Of a stretch of 64,000 bases of DNA, positions 55,308 to 64,000 are shown in pieces. Location of the stretch: positions 25,854,001-25,918,000 of the forward strand of contig NW_024704746.1 in NCBI RefSeq assembly GCF_018977255.1, read 5' to 3'. Under the pieces are notes generated by a model that was not told the DNA's origin, did no database searches, and worked only from the letters and a program-made list of their open reading frames with translations. Every line of letters begins with the position of its first letter. Position 1 is the stretch's first letter. The translations under genes and the position numbers were made by a program. This DNA is from Callorhinchus milii. Taxonomy: Eukaryota.

Positions 55308-58300
55308 GTGAGAGAGGGAGAGGGAGAGGGACAGACAGTCCAGTTCGTGGTTTGCTTTGTGGTACAACTTCGTGATAAAACTTCGTGGTGAAACTTGTTG
55401 AAAGCGCTGCCTGTGTGTGGGGTTTTTTTTTTGTGTGTGGAGTTTCACGGCGATGTGCGTATGTGTGTGTGTGTGTGGTGAGAGGTCTTTCTTTCCTTCT
55501 TTGCTTATCTCTCTTCTCTTCTCCCTCTCTCTCCCTTCGTCCTAAAGAAATCCAGTGTCTGTGTGACTGTGTTTGTGTTACTGTGTGTGTGTATATGTGT
55601 GACTGTGTATATGTGTGACTGTGTGTGTGACTGTGTGTGTGACTGTGTATATGTGTGACTGTGTGTGTGACTGTGTATATGTGTGACTGTGTGTGTGACT
55701 GTATATATGTGACTGTGTATATGTGTGACTGTGTGTGTGACTGTGTGTGTGACTGTGTATATGTGTGACTGTGTGTATATGTGTGACTGTGTGTATATAT
55801 GTGACTGTATGTGTGTGTGTGACTGTGTGTCTGTGTTAGTTACAGAATTAAGTGATTTTTAAAAACAAATGCTCTTCCCTTCTGCCCACAAAGATATAGT
55901 CAATTAATTCACTTTACAGTCTATTCTGTGAAGCGCTTCTGGACGTCCTGATGAACGTGATCCAAATACTACTACTATTATTATTATTATTTCTCACGTC
56001 TGTTGTTGATCAGTTTGTTTTTGGCCGGTGGATGATATGTGCTCTTTACAGCAAAATATACAGTCAAATCACTTTACAGTATATCCTGTGAAATGCTTTG
56101 AGACGACTCAATGTTAATATAATAATAATATAGGGCGCTGTATCAAATGCAAGGATTATTGTTGTTATTGTTGTAACTTCACTCATATCGCGCCCTCCAC
56201 GCAGGGCAGAGTCTCAGAGAGCTTAACAGTGGCGGAGGCTGACTCCGAGCGGGGGAAGGGGAAAGTTTTCAGGCGGGACTTGAAAGAGGGGAAAGAGGGG
56301 GCAAGGCGGAGGGATTGAGGGAGAATGTTCCAGAGTTTTGGGGCGTAGTGGCTGAAAGTGCAACCTCCGATGGTGGGGCGGAGGGTGTGAGGAGGAGACC
56401 GGTGCCAGTCGAGCGGAGGTGCCGGGTGGTGGATTGGGGAGCGAGGAGGTCGGAGAGGTAGGGAGGTGCCAGAGAGTGAAGGGATTTTGAAGTCGATGCA
56501 TTCGGTGATGGGGAGCCAGTGGAGCCTGAGCCAAACTGCTGAGATGTGAGTACGGGTCAGTGTGCGGGAGGCAGAGTTTTGAATGAGCTGATCTTGTGAA
56601 TAGTGGAGCTGGGGAGACCGGCGAGGAGTGAGTTTGAATAATCCAGGGAGGTGACAAACGCACGCACAAACTTCAGGATGTTTGTTATCAGGATCAGCAA
56701 ATGAGCACGTACAGCAGCTGCTGCTGGGCACGGCATTGTTTCAGATCAGGTTTCCCTTCATGGCGACAGTCCCGATAGCAAACTTTCATGATCTTTTGTT
56801 TATTTGTTCGTTCTCTAGAAAAGAGCAAAGGAAAAGATGGTTATAAGAGTTTCAGAGAAATGCTACGGTCAAAAATAGTATCTGCTTGCTGTTGATTTCA
56901 GGAGGTTTTAAATCGCCAAGGCGGTTTGAACCTTTCAGAAGTCAAATTTGAGTCAGAATAAATAGTATTTAATCTGCAAAACGTGTCGTATTCATGTTTT
57001 TCGTTATTGTTTGTTTGTTGGTTGAAGTCGTCAAGGCTAATTTCTAATGTAAGTTACACTACAGATAATTTCCCTGCCCTTAAAATAATGGGGTCCTGTA
57101 ACAAAGAGTAACAAAAGTGACTTGTATCTTTCATTCAGGATATTTCTTTTACCACGTATTTTGCCATCTGTCACTTTTCCGGAGGTGTGTTTAGTAATTC
57201 CTGTTTAGAATAAAATCAGCCCCCTCAAGTTTTGTCTGTCAGACTTTTAAAAGCAAAACAATCAGTCATTATTTCTAACCAGTTCAGTTGCATGGAAACT
57301 TGTTCTTTCTGTTTCAACATGTATTCGTATCTGTCACTGAAACATTGATCTTGTGAATTGCTTTTATCTTTTTAAAAAAATTCATTGTTCAGATGTTCTT
57401 AGGTGTTTATTTTAAAAAATAGACAATACTAATACTTGCTGAGATTTCAGTCTCTAGCACAATAAGTAACTTCTTGAGTCCTTTTGCCAATTGTCCCTTT
57501 AGTTTCTTGTGTATGATATATAGTTTTCCATTTTGAAACTTTTTTATTTTTAAAGAAATTACATGCTTCCATAGCTCTTTGAGTTTGAGTGGACTGCACT
57601 TGGGTTGTAATTGTCTAATTTTGAGGAGCAGGTTTTTTTTTAAAGTGTGAAACACAAAAGCATTGTGCGATTAACCATTTTAGCGCATAACTTAAGAGGC
57701 TTGCTTCCTGCTGGTACAATCTAACTCCTGGTTGCAGCTGGCCCTGAAACCTCGTCCTTACCAGTAGAAGAAGCTTAGTCATCTTTCAAAGAGAGTTGAT
57801 ATGAGTCTCCAATTTGGAACTTCTATTGAAAAAGATTTTAAGTCATAAATACGTGCATGTTATATTGTGGCTTATGTTGAAACATTTCAAAGGGCTTCAC
57901 AGTAAATACTGTTAACTGGATATATTCTGTGAAGCACTTTGAGATGTCTCAATAACGTGAAAAGGCACTATCAGATGCAATTATTATCATAATATTTGTA
58001 GGAAAATGTGGCAGACAATTTGTATACAGTAATGTTCCACAAACAGCTAGGAATGACCAATTTAACTGGAGGGTTTGTTGGCTAGGATATCGTGAGAAAT
58101 TTCCGTCTCTTTTCAAATCGTGTTATGGGTTCTATAAAGTCCACCAGAATAGTCCAACGATGCCTTGGATTAATGTCTCACCTGAACCCTAGTACTTCTG
58201 ACAATGCATTGTTCTCCCAATACTGCATTGAAATGTCAAACTAGCAAAGTGGCAGAGCATGCTTGAAGAGAGGTCTTAATGTGGGTTTTGAAGGTGGAGA

Positions 58301-61300
58301 AAGAAGGTCAATGTATTGGGACTCCGGGATGTAATTCCAGAGAATGGGAGCAAAATGGCAGAAGGCCACAGTGCGGTGGAGAGGATGGGCGCAAGGGGGT
58401 AATAATCCCTTAAAAAAATAATAATAGTTTGGTCACTCAATCCATGACTGTTTGTAGGGCACTGCTGTGCATATTTGACTGCCACCTTTTGCCCACAAAA
58501 TATACAGTCCATTTACTTATTAATATATTCTGTGAAGCAACTTGAGATGTCTTGAGGACGTGATAAGGCGTATCAACTGTAAGTATTATTAAAGTTAGTA
58601 GTTGAGCCTTCTTGTGCATTGAGTGATGCTGATGTTGCATTATCACTATTGGAAAAAAAACTGAGGAGACCTGCTAACGTTTATGAAGAGTAAGCCTGTA
58701 TTCAAGGTTCCAAATTTGGTTATAAAGCATCAGTTACCTTGCCAGCATTTGCATGTTAAGCAATGAAGCTGGTGGAGGACTGCATGACAATTTAAATGGG
58801 GGCTTCTAACATTACCAATTCTAATTAAATCCTTTAATCTTGCTTTCATTATTCCACTAATTGAAAAAAANTTATCATAATCCCTGCATTGATTACCCAA
58901 TCTAATTTGATCTATTTTTTCTTAATTTTCCCCCTGAAGTATTATTCAGTAGTTGTTGCCTTAATTACCCACCATTATCAGGAAGACAAATAATATCCTT
59001 CCACAAACTCTGGAAATATACATTTGCAATGCGTGTTGATGCCTATATATGACTGTTAACGGGGCAAGATAACTATTCCATACCGTTACAGATTTTACCA
59101 CAAAATGCAAACAGAACTAACTTCTGTACACAATGGAGTATTTTTTTTAGACATAGCACTCAATGTATTGATCTTAAAAGGGTAAAAGACAGTTTGGTTT
59201 AATTGTGACTTGAAATCAGAGCTTTCTATCTTAACCAATTGTGCCATTGTACCCTTCCATGAAATGTTTTGGTATGATTCTAAGTAGAGAATTTAATGCA
59301 CGGTGATTTGCTATTTTTTGAGGACTGCAAATGAATAATTTTTCTTTTCATGTATTTTCTGTTAGAAATCAAGAAACCACCAGTGGCCCCTAAACCTAAA
59401 CTTATGGTGGGTAACAAGCCAGGACCACCTCCAGTGGCACCCAAGCCAGATGTTCTTTCAATTCCTTTACAAGCACACAAGGGACCCAAACCAGCCTTAG
59501 CACCAAAACCAACATTTTCCAAACCACTTGTGGTTGACGTGAATCCAACACCTCCACAGAATAATATTCAATCTTCAGAAGAAATCCATGTTGAGCTGAC
59601 TGAAAATGTGAAGTGTCCAAAATGCCAGAACGGTGGAGGAAAAGAAGGCTGTAAATCGAGATGTAATTACATCATGTCACCCTGCACGTGTAAAGCTGAA
59701 TGTGGGCAAAAATACATCAATGGTAAAAACACATGTAAAACTCAACTTGTGGTTGATCAACTTGCCAAACTTGAAGGCTTGGAAAATGGCAAATTATGTG
59801 ACCAAACGCATTCCTCAAGGACAAGGCACAGACCAGATATCCAATGTGGCAAAATGGTCAACAAGTATCAGGTAATCCGGAAAGCTGGTTTCCCTGAACA
59901 GAAGTTCAAAGAAGTCTTAACTCAGGTTGTGTCGCCAAACAATTGCCTTCCAAAGCAAAAGGAGACGGATTGTGATACAGGGGCAAAACTACACGATAGC
60001 AATAATAGGAAAAATGAACTCTTCAATGCTGACCAAACCTTGTTGGATACAAAAAGTTCTAATGGAGTTAAAAGTGAGATGCTTTGTGACCGAGTTAAAG
60101 ACCTTGAGGCTGAAAATGTTGCTCATAAAACCAAATGGGCAGCAATGAATGAGAAAAGTTCCCATGGTTATAGTACTGACCACAAAGAAAAGGGGCATTA
60201 CAATCCACACAAAGTTAATTTTATAATTGCTGAACAGGAGAAATTGATCTTTCAGGATTCCCACCATTTAACTACTGTGAAACAGTTCGATTCAGCACCT
60301 TGTACCAAACCAGTGCCTAAGCCAAAGCCAAAGAAAGCACGTCTGCTTGGTATCATTAGGCAGAACTGCATAGAAGATCCCATGGAATTCAACTCATCAA
60401 GTAGCGAGTCGTGTTTGAAGACCACGGGGAACATGGCGGATTTCAGGAAACCATTTGTTTCTATAGATAGTAACGATGTTTCTTATTCAAAGAACAATTA
60501 TGAAAATTCACATCAAACTGTTGAAGGGCAGAGTGAATCTTCTGAGAACATTACTGAGCTAAGCCGCCAAGTCAAAGAACTTGTTTCCTTAAAAGTGCCT
60601 CATAATCAAAGTGGTTTGACCTTAACAAAGCCAGCACTGGTTTCTGTCTCCAAGGTCGATCTTTCTTCAGACATTGAAAACAAAAGTAAAATAGAACAGA
60701 TCAAAAGAAACTTGGAAAGTGGCAACAGAACATTACCAGCAGAAAAAATTAGCAGCTTTGTTCGAAGTAGTTTATCTATGAGTTTGCCTAAATGCGTCAG
60801 TTTGTCTTATGTTCAGAACGTGCCTCTGGCCAGCAGCGTGGAAGGCTCGGACTTTAAAGGGAAAAGCACCAATAAAGAAATGTACACTAGAGCAGATGGT
60901 TCTCCAAAAGCTATACCTAAAAAGCCACAGAGACACAGTTTGCCTGCAGTTGCACTGATTAAAAGGGACCTCTCAGCAGAGACTGTCAAAGGGGAAAGTT
61001 GTTCTGTGGAACATGACTCGGAAGAAGGCAGCTTTTCAAGCACAGACAGTAAAATTTCAAGTGATGAGCACAAGATTATTCGCTTGACTGAGAAACCTAT
61101 ATGGAGGCTGCCGCATCCTATTTTACCATGTTCGGGGAGTCCAGGCATTGTAGCAACAGAAAGCACTACACAACAAAAGGAACGTTCAACTGCTTTAAAG
61201 CCGAGAGCCAAATCATTCACTTCAGCTGATATAGAAAGACCTGAGCAGTCCCCAAAGGAATCTCCAAAGAAAAATTCATTTAAAAAGATTCTTGGTATCA

Positions 61301-61784
61301 AACTCCCTGCTAGAATGAGAACTGATCTCCAGAAATTTTTGTCAAAAGGCAGCTATTCAATAGACACTGCACCATCTGTGCTTCCTTCTGTGGAAACTCA
61401 CCAAGACAGTAATCACTGTAGGCCAAGGTCACAGACAGATGGCAGGAAAAATAAACCACTAAAAGTATATTCTGCTAATTCCTGCCACCAGACTGCACAG
61501 AAAGGTCCTATGCTCAGGAATCTTTCCCAAGTGCAGAACAACTCATCCATTCGACAAGAGTCCACAACTGAGCTTCAGAAAGAATGTCCCCCAAACTCTA
61601 ACGAGCAGTTGACCGAACTACAGGTTCTGCTTTCTCCAAAATATGAAAACATATGTACAAATTTTGACTGGAAAGATTCTTCCAGCAATGCTGACTGTGA
61701 CCCAAATCTGTATGAAGTAGAACCCTATGCTGTGTCAATCTGCTATCAAAAATACAGTTCAGATCAGAGGAACCAATCCATCAG
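55298..61784 (+). CDS. FGD6: FYVE, RhoGEF and PH domain-containing protein 6, exons 1-2 (continues beyond the window)
   Basis: Exon 1 ATG AGC ACA G|GTGAGA (55298-55307) joins exon 2 (59366-61784) to give [15 protein letters not shown]. Motifs [39 protein letters not shown] are FGD6-like. Divergent arrangement with VEZT as in human. Confidence 0.93.
55556..55836 (+). repeat. (TG)n/GTGTGACT compound micro/minisatellite in FGD6 intron 1
   Basis: Repeated gtgtgactgtgt(at). Confidence 0.92.
56170..56655 (-). mobile_element. L2 LINE 3' fragment
   Basis: [60 protein letters not shown]. Confidence 0.88.
59366..61784 (+). CDS. FGD6: FGD6 large exon 2 (about 2.4 kb, low-complexity N-terminal region)
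   Basis: Uninterrupted ORF 59350-61788; TTAG acceptor at 59364-59365, CAG|GTAATT donor. Confidence 0.94.
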
Positions 61785-64000
61785 GTAATTATGCAATTAT
61801 ACACTTGCCTGAATCTTGTACAGTGGGACCTGTAGTGAAAATGGCTGCATTGCAAATTGCAGTGAAAAGTTCTAGTCAAAGTGGCTCAGTTCATTTGCCA
61901 TGCTACTGGAGTGGAATAGAATTATGTTTGTAACAAAGTTATGGTCAGCTTCATGTGAAAATGGAAGACTAACTGATGATTGGTCTTCATCGTAACATTG
62001 AATCCACTACTTACAGTAATAAAACATTTAAACCTTTGCACAGATCAAATCTCTCGATAGTTCATGGCTTATGCTGCTGATCACGATTGGTCTCGACGTG
62101 AATAATGTATTGCATGCTGTTCATCTTCCCATTGTGTTCAGTGCTGATTTGAATAGATGTAAATGCAGAAACCAAAATTTCCAGATCTGACCTTCCAATT
62201 GGAATTGATATAAATAACAAGTAAAGAATATTTATAAACACATGACCATATTTGTGCAATATCTGTTTCACTTGAATATTACTAAAATATATTCAAGTGT
62301 TTTGTAACATTTTGGTCAATGATTCTCAAAACTTGAATGTTTTACGTTTTCTTACCCAAACAAACTTTAAACATAAAAGCAAAGCTTTCTGTATTGTTAA
62401 ATGCATGTTGAAGGAGTCCATGCTTGCTTGAAAGATTGTTTTATGGGTTCCTGGAGGCAGTGAAATTCTGCTTCAGTTTAAATCCATATAAAGTCCTTCA
62501 ACTATAACCTCTTCAACTACTGTATGACCATCTCAATATGGTCGTCTGACATAATAGGTGATTGTTTTTATCATTCTCTTCTTACTGTTGATTGTTGCTG
62601 GTTAGTGACCTAAAAGTGAATTGTGACAAGTTATTTGACTGTTGAGAGGCCTCATTTGAAAACCACATATTTATACTTCCCACCAGGGATTTTTGGTTAG
62701 CAATCAGTGCGGGGAACTGAGATCAAATGTAGAAAACCAACTATTAAGATACAACTAACTTGACAAAACAGCAGATTGAATCTGAAACCCTCCTTGTTTC
62801 TCTGGTGTCGCACTACCAATGGTTTTAGCAAATGAAGAACAATGAAAGGATTCTAAAGGTCCAATGTTAAATTGAAAGTCCATGTGGCGTCAGGATACTA
62901 GAGGGTGAAATGTGAAGCTGCTGTGTGCTATTTTAGTTTCATGTGGGAAAGCTTGGTTGTTTATTAAACCTAAAACCTGCTGTTCAAAGGTAAATTAAGG
63001 GGAGCAGAAGGACACATTTTGCAGCATCTAGTGAAAGGTGATGCTTAATTTTGGTTTCATTTTATCGTTCAGTAATTTTAATGAGGAAGGTTTATAAATT
63101 TTCTCCCCTCTCCTGGAGGTGATTCATGCTAGCCATTGTTTCACAAGTCACTCCGTACCTAATAGCTGTTCATGTGGGAGACTGCACATTGAATGTTGGC
63201 AAGCTGTTTGATTGGGTGGGTAGGATCGTAGCGGAGGCTAATTCTGTCTTAACATGATATGGGCTCGTTTTCCAACAGGAGTCATAAGTTAGTGATCAGG
63301 GGTAAGAAGCTGAGCTGATTCCCCCCCACTCTGTCCTATCTAATGGATCACAGGGCTCAATTATTCTGCTTTGAGATCAACTAACACTAAACGTCACAGG
63401 TTTGAATCCCAGTCTAAGGCAAGCAGTCTCTTTATTCTCTAGTCTAGGCCATTGAGGAAGCTAAAAAAGAAAGTTTTATCTTTGCAAAAATATTCTATAA
63501 ATGTTTACTGTGTGGGGGCTTACTGTGATCTTCTTTATGACAAATATTTGCAGAATTTGTATCTCTTTGATCTATTTTCAAACTGCTTTTTATAGCTGTA
63601 GTCACTGTTGTGATACGATTACTTTAGTCGTTGAATCATTTGTAGTCTGTAAAGCATATCTATTTTTACTAAACCACAGAAGCAAGCTTAAATTAATTTC
63701 CTGTTTATTACTATAACGATGGAATAGTATATTGGTTATAAATAGCTCAGGAAGAGAAGGCAAAACACAGTATTAATGGTTTGGGTTATTTTTTGCTCTT
63801 AGAATTGTTAGCCTAGAAGTTAAGCACATGTTTGTTTAAACCCTGGTCTAAAATCTGACTCCTAAACTTTCTCCAATGCTTTAATAATTGGGTTTCCTAA
63901 GTTAATCCTCTAGTTGAGGAGCTTACATTTTAATACATGTACTAATATTATTACATATATGTTTTTCTCTCTTCCACACACCCCCACAACCAATAAGATT

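Larger units (their letters stand above)
54350..55330. promoter_or_regulatory. CpG island / bidirectional promoter shared by VEZT and FGD6
   Basis: Sharp rise in GC and CpG between two divergent first exons whose ATGs are about 890 bp apart; GGGCGG boxes, multiple TGACG motifs, TGACGTCA at 54844-54851. Confidence 0.88.

Noticed and set aside
54544-55448. Long overlapping ORFs (253, 199 and 199 aa) on the minus strand
   Set aside because: Stop-poor GC-rich CpG-island and microsatellite sequence; low-complexity translations with no recognisable family.
60813-61301. 162-aa antisense ORF
   Set aside because: Shadow of FGD6 exon 2 on the opposite strand.

Overview
Eukaryotic vertebrate genomic DNA. 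The SINE/LINE repertoire suggests a cartilaginous fish, probably a holocephalan such as the elephant shark; this is inference. Almost all ORFs in the supplied track are repeat-derived noise. Four spliced genes can be reconstructed by hand from splice sites and intron phases: (1) METAP2 on the minus strand, exons 2-11 at 6883-12410, exon 1 absent; (2) a multi-exon C3orf20/FAM194-family gene on the plus strand, about 954 aa, 18 coding exons at 1794-33209; (3) VEZT on the minus strand, 12 exons, about 781 aa, 35135-54408; (4) the first two exons of FGD6 on the plus strand (55298-61784), head-to-head with VEZT across a CpG-island promoter. The most notable observation is the C3orf20-like gene sitting in the FGD6-VEZT-METAP2 block. 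It is probably a whole-genome-duplication sister of mammalian C3orf20 (which lies beside FGD5) that mammals lost. There are also two U12 minor-spliceosome introns (GT-AG type in the C3orf20-like gene, AT-AC in VEZT) and a GC-AG intron in METAP2. The first ~15 kb shows clear signs of local mis-assembly: 1-1566 duplicates 12260-13825, 4960-5167 duplicates 14706-14913, and METAP2 exon 4 has a 1-nt frameshift. Introns are dense with a tRNA-derived SINE family, L2 and CR1 LINE fragments, older SINEs and small hAT-like MITEs. I see no CRISPR, rRNA, genuine tRNA gene or prokaryote-type system. Comparisons to human genes and named repeat families are from recalled knowledge, not from searches.
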